This document shows, piece by piece, positions 41,558 to 54,972 of a DNA stretch of 64,000 nucleotides. How positions within the stretch are numbered: position 1 is the first letter of the stretch; the number at the start of each line of letters is the position of its first letter. The notes beneath the pieces are model-generated. The model was not told the origin of the DNA. It made no database searches and saw only the letters and a program-made list of their open reading frames with translations. The stretch comes from Octopus sinensis (taxonomy: Eukaryota), in NCBI RefSeq assembly GCF_006345805.1, contig NC_043001.1, forward strand, positions 10,664,001 to 10,728,000. The letters run 5' to 3'. The translations under genes were made by a program, and so were the position numbers.

Positions 41558-41607
41558 TTTGTCAAAATATTTTCGTCGCTAAAATCCGCGACCTGTTCAC
41601 TGACAAA
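41558..41607 (-). ncRNA. Hammerhead ribozyme with G3-C8 compensatory core
   Basis: tttgtca GTGAACA g gtcgc-ggatttta-gcgac GAA AATATT T tgacaaa: 7-bp stem I, 5-bp stem II, palindromic stem III. Confidence 0.7.
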
Positions 41608-42639
41608 GTCCGTGCTGCATCTAAGAAAAGTACAGTTAGTTCGTCATATAAATGTACGTATGTATGTGTGTATGTATGCATACATGTGTGTATGTATGTA
41701 CGTATGCATGTACGCACATACGCCTGTGTATGTATGTATGTATGTATGTATGTATGTCTGTATATGTATGTATGTATGTATGTATTATGTGTGTATAAGC
41801 ACGCACATACACTCTATAAAACATAAAGTTATAAACCTGTAAGCGATGGATGGGTGTAGAGTGACCACTCATCACAACGCTATCAAATTTCAACTCCCTA
41901 CGGCCGAGGCTAGAAAGTGAATTTATGACGCTGCTCACAGAACTATACCCTAAAATCTATTATCAGATTTTTATCTCTATATCACACAGAACTAATGTTT
42001 TACTATTGTTCGTATGTATGTATGTATGTGCGTATGTATGTATGTATGTATGTATGCATGTATGTATGTATGTATGTATGTATGTATGTATGTATGTATG
42101 TACATACGTACGCATGTGCGTATGTATGTATACGCGCTCGTATGCATGTGCCCATGTATGTGTGTGTGTACATGTACGTGCGTATGTACGTGTGTATGCC
42201 CATACGTAGGTATGTATGTATGTTTGTATTCATGTGCTACGTATGTATGTGGGTGTCTAGGAGAATGGGCAGATGTGTCCGTGAGAGTGTGTACATGTGT
42301 ATGTGTATGTGAACGTATGTCCGTGTACTGGCATGTGTCCGTCCAAGTTGTGTACATGACTGTTACTTTGCTGAAGGCTGTATACATATTTACATATATG
42401 TTTGTATAGACGCACACACATATATATATATATGGCTGCATATATATATATGTGTGTGGGTGTGTGTTTGTTCCTCTCATCATCGTCTAACCGTGAATGG
42501 ATACAACGCCTAGGTGCAACTGTTCGTATCAAACAACGTCTGCTCATACCGTTGTATATAACTGCACATACGCATTGCAACCTGTATGTAAGGACTAAGG
42601 TGAAAGGGAGAGAGAGGGGGGGTTATAGAATAGTCCTTC

Positions 42640-43330
42640 TGAATGGGATCTGGATGTTATTCCATTCGGACTTTCGGTTGAGATAGGTTTGTATTCTTGT
42701 ATACAAACAGCTTCTGTGACCTGTCTCAACATTGCATCGGTGGGATGTGTAGATAGGATGTTCAACTTAAGCTCCCCTAAGGATCCCTTGTGGCAGTCTA
42801 CAGCAGTTGGGTAGAAGATGGGTTTGGCTTCCTTTCACTGTAGTTGTCCAGGTGTTCTTTGAACCTATCATTGATGCTTCTAGAGGTCCTCACCTATATA
42901 TGACTCGGGGTTAGCCACGCAAGCTCCTCCTGGCACTTAATCTGGTATACAGTGCCCTTGTTTTTACAATTTACGTGTGGATTTGTCGACACACTGCCAC
43001 AATTACTCTGACAGGTGATTCTATCAATGGATATGATCTGCATAATGCCGATTTGATAGTCCTACCTGTCTTTTCTACAACTTTAACTTTTAGGCCGTAG
43101 TGCGCAGGACTTTTTTGAATGCCTTACTTACTCGTTCTTAAGGTGGCGTCAACGAACATCACTCCGTGAAATCTCCTGTTATCGTACAAAGTAACGTTTC
43201 TCATCTTTTTGTGGGTGTCCCTCTCTAACCTATTCCAGAACTTGTTGCGGTACAGGGGGCATATCCGTTTCGTCGTTCCCTAGAATGCGTTCGAATCTAG
43301 CTTTCGCTCCTTTGTACACCCTGACTCTAT
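42640..43330 (-). pseudogene. Penelope-like element linker and GIY-YIG endonuclease remnant
   Basis: PLYRNKFWNR, GVMFVDAT, GLKVKVVEKTGRTIKSAL, CKNKGTVYQIKC..YIGE-TSRSINDRFKEH, RQVTEAVCI, LNRKSEWN; frameshifted. Confidence 0.85.
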
Positions 43331-43355
43331 CGTCTTGTGTGTATCCGGAGCGTTG

Positions 43356-43427
<72 letters not shown>

Positions 43428-43589
43428 ATATATATATATTATATATGTATATATATATATATATATATATCTATATATATAGATTATATATATATATATA
43501 TATTACAACGCGTGCGCACACACATATAATATATGTAAATATATATGTTATATAGATATAAGATATTGAATATATTAAATTCGCGTAGT

Positions 43590-44460
43590 ATTTAGCGAAA
43601 TTTGCTTCCCTTGACCACAAAGTTCCAGGTTCAAGTCCACCGCGGAGCACTTCGGGCAAGTGACTTCTACCATACAGTGGATTTATTTGGCGGAAGCAGT
43701 AAGAAGCTAGTCTTGATAACAAATGCGTGTGTGAGGACGTGGTGGGGCGAGGGTGTCGGGTGTCTTTGTGTCGGTGTTTGTTGCTCATAATCACTTGATA
43801 ATCGGTGTTGGTGTGTTTACGTCTCCGTAATCAAGCGGTTCGATAAAAGAGGACCAATAGAATAACCAAAGCCTTGTAAGTGGATTTGTCAGACGGAAAC
43901 TGAAAGAGGCCCGTCGTATATATAATAATATATAATATATATATATATATCAATGTATGTGTGTATATGTTTGTGTGTCTGTGTATGTTCCCCTACCATC
44001 GCTTGACAACCGATGCTGGTGCGTTTACGTCCCCGCAACTTAGCGGTTCGGCAAAAGAATAAGTACTAGGCTTACAATGAATAAATCCTGGGTTCCATTT
44101 GCTCGACTAAAGGCGGTGCTCCTACATGGCCGCAGTCAAATGACTGAAACAAGTAAAAGAATAAAAGAACATATATATAGATGTATGTCTTTGAATATAT
44201 ATGTGCATATATTTATGCATATATATGTGTGTGTGTGTGTTTGTGTGTTTGTGTGTGTGTATTTGTTTCCCCCCATCACTGCTTGACAACTGATGTTGGT
44301 GTGCTTACATCCCCGTAACTTAGCGGTTCGGCCTAGGGTAAGTACTAAGTTTAAAACAAAATGTCGATTTGTTGTTCCTGGAGTCCTTTTGCTCGACTAA
44401 AACCCTTCAAGGCGGTGCTCCAGCATGGTTGCAATCAAATAACTAAAGCAAGTAAGAAGA
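43590..44460 (+). mobile_element. Three tandem partial SINE family B copies
   Basis: Repeated family B body and tail segments. Confidence 0.8.
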
Positions 44461-44655
44461 AATAATATTTCTTAAAATAAAAATATAACTTATTTTTAAA
44501 ATATATATTATGGAAGGATTTTAGTTAACTAAAAATATTGTTAAATCATTTTCGATTATTTAAAGTCAATACACGTATTTTTATATATTTATTTGATAAT
44601 TAGTATAAGTTAAGTACATTTATTCTATTATTAATTTATTATTATTTATTATTTT

Positions 44656-44775
44656 AGACCTGATGAGTGACTATATTTTTAAATAGAATTAATTTTAGAT
44701 CGATTTAATTTTAAATCGAATTGATTTTATTATTATTATCTATTTGAAAATATAGCCATGAAACGCGCATAGTCT
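44656..44775 (+). ncRNA. Hammerhead ribozyme with ~90-nt stem II (one stem III mismatch)
   Basis: agac CTGATGA gtgactatatttt ... aaaatatagccat GAA AC gcgc AT A gtct. Confidence 0.6.
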
Positions 44776-44991
44776 TTTTACTACTATTTACTATTTGTTG
44801 TACTTTATTGATTTTTAGAACAATGTTCTTATAGTATATGTTTTCTATATGGTGTGAATAACATCTTTCATTATTGAATTGCTTAATAGAGTATTTTTTC
44901 TCTAAATTATATGCATATATTATATATTGGGAAATTTGATTTCAAATTGTTAAATTGAATTTTTCCCTGTAAGTTTTGGAATCATATTTCC

Positions 44992-45042
<51 letters not shown>

Positions 45043-45047
45043 ATACA

Positions 45048-45105
<58 letters not shown>

Positions 45106-45374
45106 GAAATGTGACCGCGTGTGTACCGTTGGCGATTTTTTCCTCGGTCTTCCCAAATCTTAGAAATTTCACTACCAGTGGCCTAGCATGTATAAAAAGT
45201 CAATAGACAACACATTTTCCATATAAAATTAGTGTACATTTAACATAAAAGTAGATATATATATATATATATTATATAATATATAATATATATAATAATA
45301 ATAAATATTAGGGAATAAATCCAAATTTACAGGGAAAATCAGATTAGGATGAATCCAATTTATAGTAAAATATT

Positions 45375-45612
45375 ATATAATATTAATTAGAGACAAAACC
45401 ACTATTTTGCAAATCAAACAAAGAAAGACATAATAACTTAAAATAGAATAGAAGACCTGAATCCACCTGATGAATGTCCTGAGAAGAGACATGAAACAAT
45501 TGTAGTGGCGAATATAATTTTATTTATTTATATTAAAATTTTTTTATGTATGGATTAAGTCTTTCTCGTTGTTGATTGCAAAATAGTGGTTTTGTCTCTA
45601 ATTAATATTATA
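45375..45612. mobile_element. PLE-like short element with ~58-bp inverted arms enclosing a hammerhead
   Basis: Arms 45375-45433 and 45555-45612 (taattagagacaaaaccactattttgcaa / ttgcaaaatagtggttttgtctctaatta). Confidence 0.8.
45463..45508 (+). ncRNA. Canonical minimal type I hammerhead ribozyme
   Basis: ccac CTGATGA atgtc-ctgagaaga-gacat GAA AC aatt GT A gtgg; predicted cleavage after A45504. Confidence 0.85.
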
Positions 45613-45628
45613 TATATATATATATGTG

Positions 45629-45659
<31 letters not shown>

Positions 45660-45945
45660 TGTGTTGTGTGTGTGGTGTGTATAGCGCAGGATTGCCAGTC
45701 GCAAAGAATCCGATAGAATAAGTACTGGGCTTACAAGAAAAATCCTTGGGGCGATTCTTCGACTAAGAGTGATGCTCAGCATGGCCGCAGTCATATGACT
45801 GAAACAAATAAAAGAATATATATATATATATATAGAATATATATATATATATATATATATATATCGTTATATATATTGATAAAAATGGTAAGAACAACAA
45901 AAAATGAGAGACCTCTATATATGTAAATAGAGGAATTTATCTGTA

Positions 45946-46140
45946 AATGTAAATATGTGATAATTATTCGGTAGCCATGATAAAACTCCGAGTTTTGGAT
46001 GCTGGGGTGGAAATTCACGCCGCATCTCTTCAGTTATCCGGCCATCGGAAAAAATAAAAGATGGCGGCTGGTGATTTCACCCCGGCATCCGAAACTCGGA
46101 GTTTTATCATGGCTACCGAATAATTATCACATATTACATT
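45946..46140. repeat. ~70-bp-arm inverted repeat built from a hammerhead-bearing element
   Basis: Arms 45946-46018 and 46071-46140; minus-strand HHR fold at 45980-46037. Confidence 0.85.
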
Positions 46141-46196
46141 AAAGATCTCTCTCTCTCTCTCTCCTATATATATATATATAATATATCTATATTATG

Positions 46197-46269
<73 letters not shown>

Positions 46270-46412
46270 TATATATATAGATATATATATATATATCTAT
46301 ATATATATATGCATATGAATATCTATATGTATGCATATTTCTGTATTGCACCTACATAAACACCACACAAACACACACACATACACTCAAATATACATAT
46401 GTATGTATGTGT

Positions 46413-46464
<52 letters not shown>

Positions 46465-46973
46465 CACACTCCTGCCACACAAATGTTGAACTTCTGCAAA
46501 GTTTCCGTCTACCAAATCCACATATTAATGGATTTCTTTTTATATTTCCACTTCTCTCCTTTCAGGAATCTAACGAGTTTCGTGTCGGTGTAGTCAGCTG
46601 CAGACTGTGTACAACTAATATTACCCGGTCGTGGTTATCATTAATGCGGTTTGAATTCGAAAGTTTATTCTACTTTCAAGCTTTTCCATGTACATCAGCG
46701 AAAAAGGATGTTTTTCTTTTTTTGGTTGGTTTTGCTTTTGTGAATGTCTTCCGTTGAGTGTGTTTAGTTCGTTCGTTGAAGATTTCTCCACAGTTCTACA
46801 ATTTGTTTAGAGGAATTTATTTTTAGAGATGACAATCTGTAAATGTGATGTTTTAGTAATTTCTGATTTCAAATTCTTGTTGGATTTCGTGCAAGGATTA
46901 GCGTTTGTCTGTCTTCTTTCTTTCTTTCATCCTTCCTTCCTTCCTTCCTTCCTTCCTTCCTTCCTTCCTGCCT

Positions 46974-47021
<48 letters not shown>

Positions 47022-47139
47022 TTTGTTGTTTTTATTTTTCTTACCTTTGTTGTCGGAAGCTACGTTTAATGTTTCAGAAAAGTTCTCTACAAAAGGTTTT
47101 TCATTTTTTTTTCGTTTTTGTTTGTGTTTTGTTTACCTT

Positions 47140-47360
47140 TAACATGTTTCAGTCGTTTGACTGTGTCCATGCTGGAGCATCGTCTTGAAAGGTTTTAGTC
47201 GAACAAATCGACCCCAGGACTTTTTTTTTCCTGTTTCCAAGCCTGGTACTTATTTAAGCTGTCTCTTTTCTCGAACCGCTAAATTACGGGGATGTAAACA
47301 AACAAACACCGGTTGTCAAGCGAAGGTGAATTCAAACACATACAGAAACACAGACGCACA
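47140..47360 (-). mobile_element. SINE family B, 3' part
   Basis: Tail and body match. Confidence 0.75.
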
Positions 47361-47364
47361 CTTA

Positions 47365-47410
<46 letters not shown>

Positions 47411-48229
47411 CATATATACTCACACGTACACATATATATACACGAGGTGGGGGGTGTGTTGAAAACACAAAGTCATACATCGTGGTACTCCGTCGGTTAC
47501 GACGACGAGGTTTACAGTTGATCCGATCAGCGAAACAGCCTACTCATTAAGGGTACGTAGACACGTGTAACCTTAACGTAGTTCTCGGGGAGATTCAGCG
47601 TGGTAGAGTGCGACAAGGCTGGCCCTTTGAAATACCTCCTTAAAGTCAAGAACTTTTCAGCACTTTCTCGTACACACATACACAGGTGCATATGTGTGTG
47701 TATGTATAAGGTATGTTCTCTTCTATTTCTAATTAGCTGAAGTGTTTGTGTAAGGAAGGAGCTGTTTCTAAGAAGATGCAAAACTCCATCGTTTTGAAGT
47801 AGATAAAAAAAACAAATTCACATTTTGAACTTGAGGAAAATCTTGCATATTTTAAGCGTTCCGCTTACAGCTTGTGTTTGTAGCATGTGTCTTAACGGGT
47901 TGATTTCTTTCTCTGACAATCTCAGCTTGCCAATTAGCCAGATTGCCAATTAGCCATTTACTTACAAAACCAAGTGAACTAACTATTATTGGTATATAGA
48001 GAAATTTATAATCTCGGTGTAGAGAATAATGATTCTGAAGTGACTGCCAATTGTTCTTCTCTTCCTGTTAGATTTTTCCAAAAGATAATCACATCAGCAG
48101 GACGGTTGCTCTCTATGACAATACACATTTTCCTTGTCGATATCCGGTCTGTTATGAGAGATACTGCCTAATCTCAAATTATAATTCCCCCAGTTTTAAG
48201 ACAGATATTTACAAAAATATATACGCACA

Positions 48230-49200
48230 GATGAAGACTACTTTGGGTGCACAAGGAATATGCGCCGAGATACAGGGGTCGAAATCTCACAGAGAATGAG
48301 GGCAGGACGGAAAGCATTTAACTCGATGAAGGACGTGCGCCAAACAAAGCTCGACAATACCATATGCGCCAGGATTTTGAGTTGCATTGTCTTACCTGAA
48401 CTTTTATGTGCGTGTGAGACGTGGGTCACTATGAAGAAGATAGAACATCGATTGGCTACCATGCAAAGGTCCACGGAGAAATCCATGCAAGGAATAACAT
48501 TAAGAGAATATATTTTCATATATAAAAGTAAGGTTGTGTGCTGTCTGTCTCCTCCGATTTAGATTCCTAACTACTCCCACATTTTGCGGTGCAGTTTAAC
48601 CAAAACCGGGTATCTTATAGTCGTGATTCATATCGAGCCCTTCTGGGTATTAGCGCGCGTTTACGATGAGTCTACGATTTTAAAAATAATTTACCATCAT
48701 TTTTTTCCATTTTAATGCATTTTTTCGCTATTATATAAGGGAAGTAACTCTCTAAAAATGTCTACGATGAGTCAACGATTTAAAAAAAATTACCATAATT
48801 TTTTTCCATTTTTGATGCATTTTTTTGCTATTTTTTGGCTATAACTCTCTAAAAATGCTTATATAGTTATTTCTCTTACAAACCCGAGCAACGCCGGGCG
48901 ATACTGCTAGTTCCAAATAAGATAATTCGAGAATGGAGCGGAGTGAACAATGTGATCGCAGAGTATCGAAAACACATGGGATGGGCATGTCGCGACCGTC
49001 ACTGAAAACAGATGGAGCCGTGCAGTTGCCGAGTGGTAACCAAGAAATCGGAAATAACCACTTGGAAGACCTCCACGGCGATAGGAAGGCGATTTAGTTA
49101 AGCAATTAGGGTGAAGATGGGAAACAATGGGGCAATCAAGACTGAACTGGAAGCGTATTGTGACCAGCGATGTATAACAGCATTTGATGGACTGGCCGAT
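48230..49200 (+). mobile_element. RTE LINE 3' fragment interrupted by a Helitron
   Basis: EISQRMRAGRKAF...LPELLCACETW...GITLREY|IPNKIIREWSGV...GHVA..ENRW. Confidence 0.8.
48513..48910 (+). mobile_element. Non-autonomous Helitron
   Basis: 3' hairpin cccgagcaacgccggg plus terminal CTAG; inserted between A and T with no TSD; removal restores the RTE frame. Confidence 0.85.
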
Positions 49201-49209
49201 ACTGTGATT

Positions 49210-49410
49210 CTTTTATTTGTTTCACTCATTTGACTGCGGCCATGTTGGAGCACCGCCTTTAGTCGAACAAATCGACCCCAGGACTTATTCTTTGTAAGCC
49301 TAGTACTTATTCTATCGGTCTCTTTTGCCGAACCGCGAAGTTACGGGGACGTAAACACACCAACATCGGTTGTCAAGTGATGGCGGGGTACACGCACAGA
49401 CACACAAACA
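49210..49410 (-). mobile_element. SINE family B, 3' half
   Basis: Tail and body match. Confidence 0.85.
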
Positions 49411-49544
49411 TGTACACACATCTATCCATCCATCCATCCATCCATCTATCCATCCATCCATACATACATACATACATACATACATACATACACGCACACA
49501 CACACGCACACACACGCACACACACACACAGACACACACATATA

Positions 49545-49740
49545 TAGTGAATCCAAACAAAGAAGAACAAACAAGAAAACACAACAACGCGAGGACGTGG
49601 TACAAGTATTGTATTATTAGATGATCAGGAAAGGAAAGAGGATTTAATGTTTCGAGCAAAGCTCTTCTTCGGAAACAGAGGAAAGTCCTAAAGAAGGGAA
49701 GACCGAGGAAGAAAATCGCCAAAGATACCCACGTGGTTGA
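49545..49740 (-). mobile_element. Short repeat with degenerate minimal hammerhead (partial second copy at 45108-45155)
   Basis: Minus 49643-49675: ttt CcGAAGA a gagc-ttt-gctc GAA ACaT T aaa. Confidence 0.55.
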
Positions 49741-49870
49741 TTATACATACATACATACATACATACATACATACATACATACATACATACATACATACAT
49801 ACATACATACGTACAACGAGCTTTTTTCAGTTTCTGTCTGTCTGTCACTGTCTGTCTGCTTGCCTGTCTG

Positions 49871-49921
<51 letters not shown>

Positions 49922-49941
49922 CTCTCTCTCTCCTCTCTCTC

Positions 49942-49976
<35 letters not shown>

Positions 49977-50001
49977 CTCTCTATCTCTCTCTATCTATCT
50001 A

Positions 50002-50072
<71 letters not shown>

Positions 50073-50087
50073 CTATCTCTATCTCTT

Positions 50088-50124
<37 letters not shown>

Positions 50125-50130
50125 CTATCC
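49740..50130. repeat. (TACA)n and (TCTA)n/(TC)n microsatellites
   Basis: Direct reading. Confidence 0.95.
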
Positions 50131-51072
50131 ATGTGTCTGTGTGTATGTACTTCTGTATGTCTCAGCATCAAATTGAATAATATATTCCCGAAAAGAAATC
50201 GTGAGACAGTCATGGACGGAACGTCGTTGGCCACAAGATTACTATCCAACCTGGCATTAAAACGCAATCTCGAGTTACTTCTTTAATTTTCTTTCCGATG
50301 TCTCGAGTATCTTTCTTACAAAAGAATAATGCAAATCTTTCAGCACATTTGTTGTCGAGGTTAGCGTCTGTCTCGGCAGTTTTTCAATTGGGAATCAGGT
50401 GGTGACAAAGATCTTATCGTCGTATTGTGCCCAATTACCTTTTGTTACAGACTGAAGATGGATTGTTCCCGCTGGAAATGTATAATTAGCCAAGTAATTA
50501 CCCTTCTTTTTTTGTTCCACGCGGAGACATATCGTTACGAATTTTATAGTCGCTTCTGATTATTTTGCGAGAGTTGTTTGTTACTTAGCACTCTGGATAT
50601 TATGAGCTGTGACAGAGATTGATGTTCGGTTAATAATAGATGATGGATGGAGAGTTAGTATTGGGTTTGAAATTTATATTACAACAAATGAGAGTTTGAG
50701 TGCCGGAGAGGAAAAAAAATACAAGGAGAAAATATTTCAATGCTGTTTTACATTTGTACTTTTCCCGATAATTTCTAAAATTTCATTAATATACAACTCA
50801 CAGCGAGAAGAAATTAAATTTATGACATAACATAGAAACATATGCAGCTCACATATAGTAATATTGTTTCATTGTCTTGCCATATTTACTGGTTTGTTGT
50901 GACTAAGTGAGAGGAAGAAGGGCAGAAGCCTTCGCCTTCTGCAGCGACTTCGTGACTGATGGAAGAAAGGGAAGAAACCAGGATTCAAGGAGTTATTCTA
51001 AAACCGGAGACCTGTTCCAATCCTTGTAACGAACTGGATCCGCTAAGTACACTGACAAGATGATAAGATAAT

Positions 51073-51641
51073 GTATTTCTTTATTGCCCACAAGGGTCTA
51101 AACGTAGAGGGGACGAACAAGGACAGACATAGGTATTAAGTCGATTACATCGACCCCAGTGCGTAACTGGTACTTTATTTAATCGACCCCGAAAGGATGA
51201 AAGGCAACGTCGACCTCGGCAGACGAAATACCTATTTCTTTACTACCCACAAGGGGCTAAACACAGAGAGAACAAACAAGGCCAGACACACAGATTAAGT
51301 CGATTATATCGACCCCAGTGCGTAACTGGAACTTATTTAATCGACCCCGAAAGGATGAAAGGCAAAGTCGACCTCGGCGGAAGTTGAACTCAGAACACAA
51401 CGACAGATGAAATACCTATTTCTTTACTACCCACAAGGGGCTAAACACAGAGAGGACAAACAAGGACAGAAAAAGGGATTAAGTCGATTATATCGACCCC
51501 AGTGCGTAACTGGAACTTATTTAATCGACCCCGAAAGGATGAAAGGTAAAGTCGACCTCGGCGGAGTTTGAACTCAGAACATAACGGCAGACGAAATACT
51601 GCTAAGCATTTCGTCCGACGTGCTAACGTTTCTGCCAGCTC
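51073..51641 (-). mobile_element. SINE family A trimer
   Basis: Three tandem bodies, one head, single 14-bp TSD gatgataagataat at 51059-51072 / 51642-51655. Confidence 0.92.
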
Positions 51642-51867
51642 GATGATAAGATAATAACAACCTATGATTTATCTTAGCTGCAGTTGCTATTCCCACTTTG
51701 TCACGTGACAAAGTGTGTCGCCTGCTCGGTGTGTCGGCTGTTCACTCAACAAGATCGCAGAAGCGTTCCATTGTGAAACATTATTCTTTTTAAATGTGTT
51801 TCTCTTTCACCACATTCACGTTTCTTCCGTTCTACTGACTTTTCCGGTTTCTTAATCCCTAGAGAGA

Positions 51868-53030
<1,163 letters not shown>

Positions 53031-53419
53031 CAGGAATACACACGTACACAAACATGCAAACTCATTCACATATGCTTATATAAAACACTCACGTGTATGC
53101 GACTTCGAATAACTTCACTTTTGCTTGTTTATATTTTTTGCATTACTTCTTTATCATTATATATATATAGGTTTTTTTTTATCTCTGTCTCTCATTAGTG
53201 AAATAGTAAATTAATTAGTTGCGTTCACTGACTTGTGTCACAGGCAGTAGCTACGTTTCTAATGAAATCGGCTGCTTGTTGATATAATGTATCACCGAAA
53301 CACAATGAGTTTATTGCGATTCGTGTCAATCGGTAAATTGTCGGCAATTAGGGTCAAAGACATATCTAATTCACGCATCACTGAATTACAGAATCGGTCT
53401 AAACTGTCGGTTATTCTTA

Positions 53420-53675
53420 TCCACCGCTAGTCACGATGCGCTTCGGATGTTTTCCATCTTGGTCGAAAACGTTTAACTGAATCGTACAACTGTCGTTGGG
53501 GTTCTTCTGAAGGTTTTCCAGAACTCTTGGATGCCAAACGGCAGCTGTACGGCTCCATCTGTTGTCCGTGAAACACGTGCTTTCGCTATTCTGCGATCAT
53601 ATTCTACACTCTGCTCCGTTCTCGAATTTTCTCATTTCGGGTATGTTCTCGCGGTGATATTCCCAGCATGGATCT
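53420..53675 (-). mobile_element. RTE LINE 3' fragment
   Basis: [23 protein letters not shown] on minus strand. Confidence 0.65.
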
Positions 53676-53679
53676 AAAC

Positions 53680-53738
53680 ACATACACACATACACAATAC
53701 ACACACACGCACGCACGCACGCACACACACACACACGT

Positions 53739-53797
<59 letters not shown>

Positions 53798-54185
53798 TAC
53801 ACGTACGCACACACACACACGCACGCACACACACACACGTACGCGCGCACACACACACGCAAAACACACATACACACAAACACACGCACAAACACACGCA
53901 CGCACACACACACACACGTACGCGCACACACACGCACGCAAAACACACATACACACAAACACACACACAAACACACGCACAAGCGCACATACACGCACAC
54001 ACACATGCAAACACAGCACACATCCGCACGCATGCACACGCACGCACGCGCACGCACGTACACGCATTCTCACAAAAACACACAAACACACGCACACGCA
54101 CGCATGCACACGGACGCACTCGCACGCACGTACACGTATTCTCACAAAAACACGCATAAGCACGCAAACGTGCGCTCGCGCGCGC
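53680..54185. repeat. (CA)n/(CACG)n complex array
   Basis: Direct reading. Confidence 0.95.
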
Positions 54186-54307
54186 GTAGAGTGAAGTGCG
54201 TCCCTCAACTCCAAAAAGCAGGAATGTTATAAAAACTAATTAGTGTTTAATTAGGAGACAATGAAATCATTTGCATAGACGTAGGTAAATGGTTGTGAAG
54301 TTAAGAA

Positions 54308-54716
54308 GCAGGAGTGGCTGTGTGGTAAGTAGCTTGCTAACCAACCACATGGTTCCGGGTTCAGTCCCACTGCGTGGCACCTTGGGCAAGTGTCTTCTGC
54401 TATAGCCCCGGGCCGACCAATGCCTTGTGAGTGGATTTGGTAGACGGAAACTGAAAGAAGCCCGTCGTATATATGTATATATATATATGTGTGTGCGTGT
54501 ATGTTTGTGTGTCTGTGTTTGTCCCCCTAGCATTGCTTGACAACCGATGCTGGGTGGTTTCGTCCCCGTAAACTTAGCGGTTCGGCAAAAGAGACCGATA
54601 GAATAAGTACTGGGCTTACAAAGAATAAGTCTCGGGGTCGAGTTGCTCGATTAAAGGCGGTGCTCCAGCATGGCCGCAGTCAAATGACTGAAACAAGTAA
54701 AAGAGTAAAAGAGTAA
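54308..54716 (+). mobile_element. SINE family B, full length
   Basis: A box tggctgtgtgg, B box ggttcagtccc, (gagtaaaa)n tail. Confidence 0.92.
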
Positions 54717-54972
54717 GCTATTTGCCACCCACGGGATTTTAGATTCGATCCTAGCGTGGGACAGGCATCTCGGTCGAGAGCCTCCTAGTATAAACCTCGC
54801 TGCTAACTCGATTCTTGTAGTTAAGCGCCGTATGATCATCTTTCTCCACGAATGAAGAGGATGATAGAAAAATGGTATCAATATGTGGTGAATTCTTAAA
54901 AAATAATGGATTGAACAACAGAAAATTTAAAGACAAGACAATTTAAGGATTCTCAAAGCAGAATATAATAAA

